The notes under the pieces were generated by a model. It was given only the letters and a program-made list of their open reading frames with translations. It searched no databases and was not told the origin of the DNA. Positions 1 through 9,224 of a DNA stretch of 29,942 bases are shown here, in pieces; the first letter of the stretch is position 1; each line of letters starts with the position of its first letter. A program made the position numbers and the translations under genes. The stretch is from Candidatus Bathyarchaeia archaeon. Lineage in GTDB: Archaea; Thermoproteota; Bathyarchaeia; Bathyarchaeales; Bathycorpusculaceae. The stretch lies in NCBI GenBank assembly GCA_037481775.1, contig JBBFKZ010000018.1:1-29942 (forward strand), in the 5' to 3' direction.

Positions 1-440
1 CACTGAACCTCCGCGGCATGCGCCAGCCTGCCAATCTGATTATAAGTAAGCGGCAGCGCCAAAGCTTTCGCGAGCGCCAAAGCAGCAGTTAAAGCGCCAG
101 CTGCGCTTGAGCCGAAGCCCGCGCCTATGGGAACATCCACTTTATGGTTGATAATAACCTTGTAAAACTTGCTGCTTCTGTGCAGCAGCATCTCAGCGAC
201 TGTTCGAGTGGTTTCGGCTTCGGGCGCAGGGGCACCGTTAATTGAAACGCTGATGCTGTTTGCTTTCGCCTCAGAAACAGTAACTTCGGTTAAAACGCCT
301 TTTTGGATGCCGAAGCCGCCGCCTCTGGCGCCTACTCTCGCCAAATCGGTGATGGCCGCGCCGTCGGCTGTTCTGTCGCAGATTTCGAAAAAACTTGAAA
401 TTCCCGCAGGGGAGAAAGCAGTTACCATTCGTTTTGGCAT
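1..440 (-). CDS. Pantoate kinase (GHMP kinase family), 5' part; runs off the window edge
   Basis: Not in the ORF track; hand translation from ATG at 440: MPKRMVTAFSPAGISSFFEICD...VGARGGGFG...VDVPIGAGFGSSAAGAL...LAHAAEVQ. GHMP motif PxGxGFGSSAA plus the AFSPxxISxFF and AHxAEV segments typical of archaeal PoK. The ATG overlaps the stop of the upstream gene (TAATG). Confidence 0.88.
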   Translation of the reverse strand, partial: MPKRMVTAFSPAGISSFFEICDRTADGAAITDLARVGARGGGFGIQKGVLTEVTVSEAKANSISVSINGAPAPEAETTRTVAEMLLHRSSKFYKVIINHKVDVPIGAGFGSSAAGALTAALALAKALALPLTYNQIGRLAHAAEVQ

Positions 441-1204
441 TACGTCGCCTGTTTTTCAGTTTTCTTTGAGAGTTTAAGAGAAGGAAAAGCCCTGTAGCAT
501 GCTTTGATTATGGGTGGACCAAGAACGAGAACAAAGGGGATTTCAGTGGCAACTGTCCACACAAACACCAACGGAACAAAAGAAGCAGGTATAGGTGATT
601 TGAAGTAACCGTTTGGAGAAAAGAACAGGTTGCTGTATATCCACACTGCAATCGCCACTATTGTCGCGCCTACCCCTTGTCCAATCAAGGCACCGACGCT
701 GAAATTTCGCCATTCTCTCTTGAAAGCAAACATTACCGCAACTGCAAGTATGCTTGCTACGACAACCACTGTTAGAAGGGCAATAATCTCTGAAGTTGTC
801 AGTCCTGTAAAAAGCAGAGATTCAGTCGGCAACAGCACCGTAGGCAACAATAAGCCAGCAACAATGATGCTCCCGCCAACGATTACGCTCAAGCTCAATT
901 TTTTGCGGCTGAGATCTGTCCTAGAAATGTACCCAATTAAGAAGCACATAGCAAAGTTGCTTGTGACCCCGGCTGATAAGCTGAGCAATGGGTCTCCGTG
1001 GTACATAATGTCTCTGATGAATATGCCTATTGCTGCGCCTATTCCGCCTACCCAAGGTCCAAACAAGACGGCGAAAATTGAAGGAACTACTACAGCTGGC
1101 CAAAACGCTACGCCGCCTAAGCTGAGACCGAAACTGGTTAAAAGTCCTATTACCGCGTACAAAGCGGCGCAGACTCCTGTGATTGCAATTTCTGATGACC
1201 GCAT
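440..1204 (-). CDS. ECF transporter S-component (QueT/PanT-like membrane protein)
   Basis: N-terminal 'IAITGVCAALYAVIG...FWPAVVVPSIFAVLFGPWVGGIGAAIGIFIRD' is the ECF S-component signature (AxxxA helix, FGPxxG). Many hydrophobic helices; translationally coupled to pantoate kinase. Confidence 0.8.
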   Translation of the reverse strand: MRSSEIAITGVCAALYAVIGLLTSFGLSLGGVAFWPAVVVPSIFAVLFGPWVGGIGAAIGIFIRDIMYHGDPLLSLSAGVTSNFAMCFLIGYISRTDLSRKKLSLSVIVGGSIIVAGLLLPTVLLPTESLLFTGLTTSEIIALLTVVVVASILAVAVMFAFKREWRNFSVGALIGQGVGATIVAIAVWIYSNLFFSPNGYFKSPIPASFVPLVFVWTVATEIPFVLVLGPPIIKACYRAFPSLKLSKKTEKQAT

Positions 1205-1325
1205 TTTATGTTAACCCCTCATTCGTTTGTGTTAAGGCTCTCTTCAAGTTAATTTTTATAAATAAAACTTCCCTATGAATTGTTTGTACATGTTTAAACT
1301 TGGAATGGCTTTTGCTTGCCCATAG

Positions 1326-1344
1326 AGGCTTAAGCTTTAAGCCT
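1326..1344. promoter_or_regulatory. Perfect inverted repeat AGGCTTAA-gct-TTAAGCCT (terminator or operator candidate)
   Basis: 8-bp arms with a 3-nt spacer, just 3' of the stop of 1352..1687 and ~120 bp upstream of the ECF/PoK operon. Confidence 0.35.
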
Positions 1345-1351
1345 TACACCG

Positions 1352-1687
1352 CTATTTTTTGTGTCTGCGGATTCGCTCTTGCCTTTGACTCTTTATACGC
1401 CAGTCTCTCTTCCGCTGCGTTTCAAAAGTAATCTTGCCTTGGCTTGTCAGATTAGACGGTAACTTTCGGTAGTGCGCTATATTCCGGTAAAATGTTTCGC
1501 AGTCTATACGGTTTTCCTTAAGCGCCTCAATGTTCCTATTCAAGTCAGCCTTCGCTACCGCATCAGTCGCACCATCAAATAACTCCGAATACACCGTATA
1601 AGCGGCGTGGAACTGAAAATTTGTAGGTTCATCAATCAAAAGCTTCTTTGGATGTGAGGCTTCATTTCTGTTAGGTTCTTCACTCAT
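1352..1687 (-). CDS. Hypothetical protein with basic C-terminal tail
   Basis: ORF track 1352..1708; the internal ATG at 1687 (MSEEPNRN) is the more plausible start. Helical, charged, ends RKRDWRIKSQRQERIRRHKK. Confidence 0.65.
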   Translation of the reverse strand: MSEEPNRNEASHPKKLLIDEPTNFQFHAAYTVYSELFDGATDAVAKADLNRNIEALKENRIDCETFYRNIAHYRKLPSNLTSQGKITFETQRKRDWRIKSQRQERIRRHKK

Positions 1688-1849
1688 AGTTTTCCCGCAT
1701 TTACGCAAGGTATCATGTGGATTTTCTCTCTTTTATATGTGTTCCCACCTAAAGCGGCTTTCGAAATAGAAATTTTTCACAGGGCACAATCAAAGCATAA
1801 ACGCAAGTGGCAGTATACTATGAAAACGAGTTGCCCCGATGATGACGCT

Positions 1850-2257
1850 TCAGATAAATCGCCTTATCATCGCCGCGTCCCGCTCTAGCGCCTCTGCATC
1901 GCGGATGTCTGGTTGATGTGGGAAGGAACTTTGCGTGTGCATGGGAATAACATGCACGTGAAGGTGAAAAATCACTTGCCCAGCCGTCGCACCGTTGTTC
2001 TGCACGATTCTGATGCCCGGAGCAGACATAGCTTTCCTCACGGCGTAAGCTACTTTCTTAACGATTCTATATAGATAAGCGTGCTCCTCCTCAGGAATTT
2101 CATAGATGTTCTCATAATGCTTCTTCGGCACGACAAGTGTGTGACCGATGTTTACGGGTTGTATGCTCAAAAAGGCTATCACGCGATCATCTTCGTAGAT
2201 TATGCTTGCAGGCGCTTCTCTGCGCAGTATCTTGCAGAAAGTGCATGACTCAGACAT
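1850..2257 (-). CDS. HIT family nucleotide hydrolase (Hint-like)
   Basis: CTFC zinc motif, GHTLVVPKKH, AGQVIFHLHVHVIP histidine triad. Confidence 0.95.
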   Translation of the reverse strand: MSESCTFCKILRREAPASIIYEDDRVIAFLSIQPVNIGHTLVVPKKHYENIYEIPEEEHAYLYRIVKKVAYAVRKAMSAPGIRIVQNNGATAGQVIFHLHVHVIPMHTQSSFPHQPDIRDAEALERDAAMIRRFI

Positions 2258-2356
2258 TTTGACCCACGATTCCAGAGTGCTGTAACTCTTTAGTGTTAGA
2301 GCATAGTTAAAAATGCAGCTATATGTTTAAAAGAATACTACAACTAAGATAGCTTC

Positions 2357-3382
2357 ATGAGCGTACTAGTTGATGATATAGGGAGTTTTCCGCTTCCCGC
2401 TGGCATTAGCAGAGAAGCCTTTAGCAAGGCATATCAGCTTGCGAGAGACACCATAATTAACGGAGGCGACGTCAGAAAAGACGCGTTTCTTGTAAAGAAT
2501 TTCTGCGAGGTCACGCTTAATTCTTTTCGTAAAAAAGTCATTACAGGATTAGATGTGGTTAATTATCCTCAGCAGTATGAGGGGAGGAGGCAAGTCAGCG
2601 ATCTTCTTCACAGAGCAATGGACAAGGGCTCTTTCGTAGTCGAGGAAAGGCAGGCGGTTCTGCCAGAAGTGCATTTAATCAATGCGGAAGCAAAAGCGCT
2701 CAGCGAAGAGTTTGGAAAAAAAATATTGCTGCGCGTGTCAATATTTGGTCCGCTGGAGCTCTATCTGAAAGAGATAGGAACAACTCCATATGAGGATGTG
2801 CTGGAGAGTTTCGCTGAAACCATACAGCGCGTCGCTAAGAACACTATTCTAAACTCTAAGTACATCGAGACGAAGGTAGTATCCATTGACGAGCCAAGCT
2901 TCGGCTTTATGGATATATCTGCCGAAAAAGATTTGATGTGCGAAGTGCTGGAGAAGGCTTTTGACTTTCATGGTGCAGTAAAGCAGATCCATCTCCATTC
3001 GGCTTCAAGACTACCAGACTTGCTTGAGATAGACAATATTGATGTGGTGTCCTTTGAGTATGCGGCGTCACCGCAAAACATCAAAAGCATCTCGCGGAAA
3101 ATGCTAGAAGACGCTGACAAGCAAATACGCGTGGGCATTTCAAGAACAGACATAGATGCAATTATGGCGGAACTGCACGACAGAGGCATAGAGAAGCCAA
3201 CTGCTGAGCAGCTGGTTGAAGATGAAAAGACAATAAGAAAACGTTACGCCACAGCCAAAGAGAAATTTGGAGAGCGAATGACATTTACTGGGCCTGACTG
3301 CGGTCTTGGAGGTTGGCCCAGCCAAGAGGCAGCGCAGCTTTTGCTGAAAAGAACCGTGGAAGCAGTAAAGAAAAGAGAGTGA
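2357..3382 (+). CDS. Core (folate-independent) methionine synthase, MetE C-terminal-like, probably MesC-type
   Basis: DDIGSFPLP N-terminus, SIDEPS, IHLHS, GPDCGLGGW. A single TIM-barrel half of MetE (341 aa). Confidence 0.8.
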   Translation: MSVLVDDIGSFPLPAGISREAFSKAYQLARDTIINGGDVRKDAFLVKNFCEVTLNSFRKKVITGLDVVNYPQQYEGRRQVSDLLHRAMDKGSFVVEERQAVLPEVHLINAEAKALSEEFGKKILLRVSIFGPLELYLKEIGTTPYEDVLESFAETIQRVAKNTILNSKYIETKVVSIDEPSFGFMDISAEKDLMCEVLEKAFDFHGAVKQIHLHSASRLPDLLEIDNIDVVSFEYAASPQNIKSISRKMLEDADKQIRVGISRTDIDAIMAELHDRGIEKPTAEQLVEDEKTIRKRYATAKEKFGERMTFTGPDCGLGGWPSQEAAQLLLKRTVEAVKKRE

Positions 3383-3384
3383 AA

Positions 3385-4029
3385 CTACCTTAGCAGTATT
3401 TTCTCGCCAGTTGCAATGTACGCGATTGCCTCGCATACGTATGTTGCGTGATCCGCTATTCGCTCCAGATAACGCATCACAAGCACACTTGAAATGATGC
3501 ACTTGCTTGTGATATGCACTTTTCCAATTAGCTTGTCAAGGTATTCAAAAAACATTTTGTCCACTTCTCGTTCAATGTCAAAGACGGTTTTGGCTAATGC
3601 CACGTCATGCCGCTTGAGCGATTCGATGCTTATTCTAACCATTTTTAAGACTTTTTCTCCGACTTCTTTGATGTAAGCTGGCATCCAAGCTTCGCATTCC
3701 GCTATTCCACCGAGCCTATCATTAATGTATGAGATGTCTAGTGCGTATCTGCTGTATCGACCAAAATCATAAGCTATTTTCATGTAGGATTTTATGGTTC
3801 TCAAGTCAGAGGCTACTGGCTGAAATCTGGAGATTAATTCGAAAGATTTGTCTTCGACCTCGTCGACCATCGCTATCAGAAGCTCAGATGTCTCCCGCAC
3901 TTTTGGGTGAACGCTTTCTCCGCTTAAGAAGCCTTGAATTGCCAAGTCAACGGTGTCATAAGTCAGCTTGCCCATTCTACAAAGCAAAGCAGACAGCTCT
4001 TCTAAACCCGCGTCTATAATTCTGCCCAT
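3385..4029 (-). CDS. phoU: Phosphate transport accessory protein PhoU
   Basis: QPVASDLR and LERIADHA PhoU repeats; last gene of the pst operon. Confidence 0.92.
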   Translation of the reverse strand: MGRIIDAGLEELSALLCRMGKLTYDTVDLAIQGFLSGESVHPKVRETSELLIAMVDEVEDKSFELISRFQPVASDLRTIKSYMKIAYDFGRYSRYALDISYINDRLGGIAECEAWMPAYIKEVGEKVLKMVRISIESLKRHDVALAKTVFDIEREVDKMFFEYLDKLIGKVHITSKCIISSVLVMRYLERIADHATYVCEAIAYIATGEKILLR

Positions 4030-4032
4030 AGC

Positions 4033-4797
4033 TTATCCGAATTCTCCTGTAATATATTTCTCTGTAAGTTCATTCTTTGGATTCTCAAAAATATCTTTGG
4101 TTAATCCATACTCAACAAGTTCGCCAAGGTAAAGAAAAGCAGTGTAGTCTGAAACTCGTGAGGCCTGCTGCATGTTATGTGTAACAATCACGACAGTATA
4201 TTCCTTTGATAAGTCTCTAATCAAACTCTCGATTTTTGCCGTTGCAATTGGATCCAAAGCAGAACACGGCTCATCCATCAAAATAACCTCGGGATTCACT
4301 GCTAAAGCGCGGGCAATGCATAGCCTTTGTTGCTGGCCGCCAGAGAGGCTGGTTCCAGGCTTTTTCAAATCATCCTTAACTTCATCCCACAAACTCGCCT
4401 GCTGAAGACATCTCTTCACTATTTCATCAAGCGCCGGGCCTTTTTTGACGCCTACGAGTTTCAAGCCGGCGGCCACATTATCATAAATTGACATCGTAGG
4501 GAAAGGATTTGGTTTTTGGAAGACCATGCCTACTCTTCGGCGAATTTGAACGGGATCAACATCATCATCGTAAATGTTTTTTCCATCCAGAAGCACTCGC
4601 CCTGAAACTTTGGCTTGGGGTACCAGTTCGTGCATGCGATTTAGCGTTCGAATTAGAGTGGATTTGCCGCAGCCTGAAGGACCGATAATTGCCGTCACAA
4701 CGTTAGCTCTTATTAAAAGATTAACATCTTTTAGAGCTTGTTTCTGCCCGAACCACGCATTCAATTTTTCTGTTCTTAGCTTTTCACTGTTACTCAT
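4033..4797 (-). CDS. pstB: Phosphate ABC transporter ATPase
   Basis: GPSGCGKS Walker [50 protein letters not shown]. Confidence 0.97.
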   Translation of the reverse strand: MSNSEKLRTEKLNAWFGQKQALKDVNLLIRANVVTAIIGPSGCGKSTLIRTLNRMHELVPQAKVSGRVLLDGKNIYDDDVDPVQIRRRVGMVFQKPNPFPTMSIYDNVAAGLKLVGVKKGPALDEIVKRCLQQASLWDEVKDDLKKPGTSLSGGQQQRLCIARALAVNPEVILMDEPCSALDPIATAKIESLIRDLSKEYTVVIVTHNMQQASRVSDYTAFLYLGELVEYGLTKDIFENPKNELTEKYITGEFG

Positions 4798-4806
4798 GGG
4801 TTAATT

Positions 4807-5637
4807 TCACTTTTTGAATTGACGTCTACTAGCTATTCTCACGCATACATTTAACGACAAGACTATTAAAATTAGCACCAAAGCTGCGCCCCAAGCCTGC
4901 GCCTGTACCTCTGCGGATGGCTGCCGCGAATTCAAAAACACTCTCAAAGGAAGCGCATCCATTGGCTGATTGAAACCTTGGAAGAAGTAAGTGTTTCCCA
5001 TAATGGTCAGCAAAATTGGCGCTGTTTCGCCTGCAATTCTAGCAATCGAGAGAAGTGCGCCTGTAACTAAGCCTTGCCCAGCAGCAGGAAGCACAACGCG
5101 AAGAATTGTTTTCCAACGGTGTATACCCAGCGCCAAGGAAGCTTCTCGGACTGTGGTGGGTACAAGTTTAAGCGATTCTTCTGTTGTGCGCGCCACTATA
5201 GGAATCATGATGAATGAGAGAGCTACTGCGCCTGCGAGAGGAGAGAAACTTCCTGTTATACCTATGACGACTATGCTGAAAGCAGTTATACCTACTACTA
5301 TGGAAGGGAACTCCGTGAGGATGTCGTTGATAGTTCGCATGGCTGAAGTATACTTGTTGCCGCCGAATTCAGCCAAGTAAATGCCTGACATGACGCCTAC
5401 GGGAACCCCAATCAGACTAGTTAAGCCAATTAGAATGAGTGTTCCTTGTATTGCGGGACCTATGCCTCCTTCTAAGCCATTTGCTGTTAGAAAATGAAGA
5501 CTTAATTGCGGAGCCCCGCGTGCAATCACCTCGAAAACGATGCTTGCCAAGGGTATAACAGCGACGACAACGCAAAGAAGACAAAGAACGTAAGCAATTT
5601 TGTCCTTGAACTTCCTAAAACGGTAACTGCTTAGCAT
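4807..5637 (-). CDS. pstA: Phosphate ABC transporter permease PstA
   Basis: PSIVVG, REASLALG EAA loop, ARIAGETAP. Confidence 0.95.
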   Translation of the reverse strand: MLSSYRFRKFKDKIAYVLCLLCVVVAVIPLASIVFEVIARGAPQLSLHFLTANGLEGGIGPAIQGTLILIGLTSLIGVPVGVMSGIYLAEFGGNKYTSAMRTINDILTEFPSIVVGITAFSIVVIGITGSFSPLAGAVALSFIMIPIVARTTEESLKLVPTTVREASLALGIHRWKTILRVVLPAAGQGLVTGALLSIARIAGETAPILLTIMGNTYFFQGFNQPMDALPLRVFLNSRQPSAEVQAQAWGAALVLILIVLSLNVCVRIASRRQFKK

Positions 5638-6579
5638 TTACTCTACTGCTCCTCCCTTAACTTTTAAGACGCGAGTAACCATTAGGTGAGCTATTATGTT
5701 TATGAGGAGACTTATCAGCAGCAAAACTAAGCCCGCGCCCATGTAGGCGGATTTTTCCAGCGGCGTAGGCGCCTCCAAAAAACCGTTGGCTATCAAAGAA
5801 GGCAAAGTTTGCCCCGGCTGAAACAGGGATGTTGGCAGGGCGTTTGGGCCGACCGCGTTGCCAATTACCATTGTGACGGCCATTGTTTCGCCTATTGCTC
5901 TGCCTAAGCCGAGAATGGTGGCGCCTAAAATTCCTGAGCGTCCGTAGCTTAGAACCCAATGGCGAATCACTTCCCACCTTGTTGCGCCGATGCCGTATGC
6001 AGCTTCTCGAATATAATCTGGAACTGCGCCAATTACGTCTCTAGAGACAGAGGCTACTGTGGGGATAATCATTATGGCAAGAATTATGCCTGCGGTAAAA
6101 AGGTCTAGGCCAAAAGGTGTGCCGCTGAAGATTGAAACCCAACCTAACTGTGCGTTAACCGGCTTTTCGATGTAGTTTAAAACCCAGAAGCGTAAGACAA
6201 ACAATCCCCAAAGCCCGAATATAACGCTGGGCACAGCAGCCAACAGTTCGATTAGGTAAGATACAGGCACGCGAATGGCTTTGGGAGCCATTTCTGCAAG
6301 GAAAATAGCAATTCCGAGGCTTAATGGCACTCCAATCAAGAGAGCAATACCTGAAGTGACTAAGGTTCCAAGAATGTAAGGAAGCACACCGAAAGATTCT
6401 CTTCCCTCCACAGGGTTCCAGTTTACCCCTGTAAAAAAGCTCAAGCCGAAGCGTTGCAGAACTGTTGTCGAGCCAGTTGATAAAACGTAGAGTGTGGCAA
6501 ATAGAATAACTGCAGCCGAAGCTACCAATACTCCCGCTGCAACTTTGAATATCGCGTCGCCAGCTAAGCTTCTTCTCAT
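5638..6579 (-). CDS. pstC: Phosphate ABC transporter permease PstC
   Basis: ELLAAVPSVIFGLWG, REAAYGIGATRWE, GRAIGETMAV. Confidence 0.95.
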   Translation of the reverse strand: MRRSLAGDAIFKVAAGVLVASAAVILFATLYVLSTGSTTVLQRFGLSFFTGVNWNPVEGRESFGVLPYILGTLVTSGIALLIGVPLSLGIAIFLAEMAPKAIRVPVSYLIELLAAVPSVIFGLWGLFVLRFWVLNYIEKPVNAQLGWVSIFSGTPFGLDLFTAGIILAIMIIPTVASVSRDVIGAVPDYIREAAYGIGATRWEVIRHWVLSYGRSGILGATILGLGRAIGETMAVTMVIGNAVGPNALPTSLFQPGQTLPSLIANGFLEAPTPLEKSAYMGAGLVLLLISLLINIIAHLMVTRVLKVKGGAVE

Positions 6580-6643
6580 CTTATTTGTCTCCTAATAAGC
6601 AAGAAAAAATTTGGTTGTTAGGCAACCTAACCTGACGCAGGCG

Positions 6644-7900
6644 TTAGGATATTAGAGGCTGGCCGTTGAATGTTATTGACCGTATAGTTGCCTCGTTAAG
6701 CTGAACCAAGTTCGAGGGCAACGCAGCGTACTGCAAGCCTGATGCAAGCTGCTGACCGTCGTGTACCACGTACCAGAGGAAATCCACAAGTTGTCTTGCT
6801 TTGTCCAAGGTCATACCAGGGATAACGTTGAGCTCTTTATACACAAGCAAATATGTCGGTGTCACTATTGGATAAGCTTGGCTTCCTGGAGTATTAAGTA
6901 GGCTAACGCTAGTCCAGTCTCCGCTGCCGGCGGGTAGCCCGCTGGTTGGAAGTGATTCAGCGGCGGCTGTTGTCGAAGCAAGCGAGGGCACCACAAAGTT
7001 CCCAGCGGAATTCTGAATCGCAGCAACAGGCATATTATTCTGTAAGGCATAGGCCAATTCAACATAGCCTATGGCATACTGCGTTTGGTTTACGGTAGCT
7101 GCGACGTTGGCGTTTCCACTCGCGCCAACTGTTACGCCAGGCCATTGAACTGTAGTGCCGCTTCCAACTTGCGTGTTCCATTCGGGACTTACAGCGCTTA
7201 AGTATTTAGTGAACCAGTTGGTTGTGCCTGAGCTGTCAGATCTGCGAACTTTGATTATGTCCTGGTTTGGAAGCGTGATTGTTGGATTCAAAGCGGCAAT
7301 TGCAGGGTCGTTCCATTTAGTGATTGTGCCCAAGTAGATGTTGGCGATAATGGGGCCTGTCAACTTTAGACCACTGGGAACATCAGGCAGATTATAGGTT
7401 ATCACTATTGCTCCTATGGTCTCTGGGATATGTAACGCGTTAGGTGCTGCTTCACGTTGGGAAGCAGTGAGTGCTGCATCTGTGGCTGCAAAGTCAACTG
7501 TTTTGCTTGTAAAGGCAGATATTCCTGCGCCGCTGCCGACTCCCTGATAGTTGATTTGGACGTTTGTTCTAACTTGCGTAGTATAGTGCGAGATAATTGC
7601 GTTAAGTAGGGGTTGAGGGAAAGTTGCGCCTGCGCCATTAAGAGTTGCAGGACCTGGAGTTGGCGTGGGTGTTGGGGTTGATGCAGGCGTAGGTGTAGGC
7701 GTGGGGGTGGAAGTAGCTGATGGAGTAGGCGAAGTTTGCGGTGTTGGTGTGGGCGTTGAAGCGGGCGTCGGTGTTGGAGTTGGGCTGGGCGAATTAGTTG
7801 GCTCTGATGCTGGTTGTGACAAGTACATGTAACTTGCTATGCCTATTACTACTATAGCTATGGCAACTATTGCTAAAGTTATTGTTTTATTCATGTTCAT
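6644..7900 (-). CDS. pstS: Phosphate-binding protein PstS with N-terminal membrane anchor and Pro/Thr linker
   Basis: GAGATFP, YQGVGSGAG, DFAATD, RSDSSGTT, IGYVE, AYPI motifs. Confidence 0.96.
   Translation of the reverse strand: MNMNKTITLAIVAIAIVVIGIASYMYLSQPASEPTNSPSPTPTPTPASTPTPTPQTSPTPSATSTPTPTPTPASTPTPTPTPGPATLNGAGATFPQPLLNAIISHYTTQVRTNVQINYQGVGSGAGISAFTSKTVDFAATDAALTASQREAAPNALHIPETIGAIVITYNLPDVPSGLKLTGPIIANIYLGTITKWNDPAIAALNPTITLPNQDIIKVRRSDSSGTTNWFTKYLSAVSPEWNTQVGSGTTVQWPGVTVGASGNANVAATVNQTQYAIGYVELAYALQNNMPVAAIQNSAGNFVVPSLASTTAAAESLPTSGLPAGSGDWTSVSLLNTPGSQAYPIVTPTYLLVYKELNVIPGMTLDKARQLVDFLWYVVHDGQQLASGLQYAALPSNLVQLNEATIRSITFNGQPLIS
7649..7813 (-). repeat. Low-complexity (PT)n linker inside pstS
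   Basis: Residues ~30-84: PASEPTNSPSPTPTPTPASTPTPTPQTSPTPSATSTPTPTPTPASTPTPTPTPGP. Confidence 0.9.
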
Positions 7901-8043
7901 ACTTCTCCATTGTTTTTCATCATTTTTTTCAAACAGCCAATACCCAACTTTTGATTATATATATTCTCCCAATAATCATTATAGACTATATAGAGACAAG
8001 ATTTATCTATAGCTAATACTGCAATAATACAGAGGCAGCAAAG
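7901..8043. promoter_or_regulatory. Divergent pstS / phoU-regulator promoter region
   Basis: AT-rich; TATATATA box near 7956-7963, palindromes CTATATAG (7986-7993) and CTATAG (8007-8012). Confidence 0.55.
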
Positions 8044-9093
8044 ATGAGCAGCGCTTCTCCAACACGAAGAGAGGAAACAAGAAAATTACAGGTGACAGGC
8101 GGATCCACGTACATACTTTCCTTACCTAAACGGTGGATCACACAGAACCAGCTTACGAAGGGAAGTACTTTATCAGTTCACGAGGAAGAAGACGGCTCAT
8201 TATCAATTGTTCCCTCAAAACTTAAAAAACTTGAAAAACAAGATGAAGCCTTGATCCGCGTTTCTTCAGCAGATAAACCAGAAGCGGTAACAAGAAAGAC
8301 AGTGGCAGCCTATCTAGTAGGCTACAACATTCTTCATATAAAAGCCCAAGGTCAGCAACAGCTATCGTCGAAGTTAAGGAATCACCTCAAAAACTTTGCA
8401 CGACATTTCCTAGTGGGAACAGAAATCGTAACAGACACATCTACAGACCTAGTTCTGCAGGTTTTGCTTAATTATCCGGAACTCTCCGTCCAAAGTGCAT
8501 TAAGAAGAATGGCAATCATTACCTCATCAATGCACAAGGACGCCATAGCAGCGTTCAAAAACATGGATCACTCCATAGCAAAGGCAGTAATCGAAACAGA
8601 CAATGAAGTGGACCGATTCAACCTCTACATGATACGTTTACTCAAACTGGCAGTATCAAATCCTCGAGTTCTCAAAGAAATCGGCTTAACTAACGCAAAA
8701 CATTGCCTTGGATATAGACTCATAACAAAAGCCGTCGAAAGAACAGCAGATCACGCAACAAAAATTGCAGAAAACATTCTCGTCCTCAAAGAAAAAGCAA
8801 GCGATGAACTTGTCGAGAGAATCGAGAAAATGAGCAACCTCGCAATCTCCATGTTCGAAGACGCCGTGGAATCTCTTTTCAAAGGTGACTTCAACTTAGC
8901 TGAGACCGTGATTGAAAAAGTAGACCAAACTGTTAAATTGGAAAAAGATACCGCGCTAACATCTCAAAACATTAGTGCGAAAGAAGTTGCTAGCTTAAGC
9001 TTACTCATCGAAAGTATACGCAGAACAGCTGAATACGCCAGCGACATCGCAGAGGTAGTGCTTAACTTGAACGTAGACTCAGTAATAAAATGA
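8044..9093 (+). CDS. Phosphate uptake regulator, AbrB/SpoVT DNA-binding domain plus PhoU domains (COG0704-like)
   Basis: ETRKLQVTGGSTYILSLPKRW AbrB-type N-terminus; DNEVDR, VERTADHA and RRTAEYASDIAE PhoU repeats. Confidence 0.92.
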   Translation: MSSASPTRREETRKLQVTGGSTYILSLPKRWITQNQLTKGSTLSVHEEEDGSLSIVPSKLKKLEKQDEALIRVSSADKPEAVTRKTVAAYLVGYNILHIKAQGQQQLSSKLRNHLKNFARHFLVGTEIVTDTSTDLVLQVLLNYPELSVQSALRRMAIITSSMHKDAIAAFKNMDHSIAKAVIETDNEVDRFNLYMIRLLKLAVSNPRVLKEIGLTNAKHCLGYRLITKAVERTADHATKIAENILVLKEKASDELVERIEKMSNLAISMFEDAVESLFKGDFNLAETVIEKVDQTVKLEKDTALTSQNISAKEVASLSLLIESIRRTAEYASDIAEVVLNLNVDSVIK

Positions 9094-9224
9094 AAACGGC
9101 AAGAAGTTACAAGAAGCATTTCAAATCACCAATAGAGCATACGCTACACAACTGTCAAGCCAAAAATGGAAATGCTTAGAAAGGATAAAGTAGGCGCTGT
9201 GAACGCTTAAACTCAACAGTTCAG

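Noticed and set aside
630-1214. 194-aa plus-strand ORF
   Set aside because: Antisense shadow of the ECF S-component; no recognisable motifs.
1839-1900. ATGATGA C-box-like sequence (another at ~10772)
   Set aside because: No properly spaced CTGA D box found, so no support for a C/D sRNA.
7649-7813. Repeat-rich DNA as CRISPR or VNTR
   Set aside because: Degenerate coding repeats of a Pro/Thr linker; no repeat-spacer structure.
9114-9177. 9-bp inverted repeat AAGCATTTC...GAAATGCTT between convergent genes
   Set aside because: Long unpaired spacer and no target-site duplication; may be chance or a weak terminator, not a MITE.
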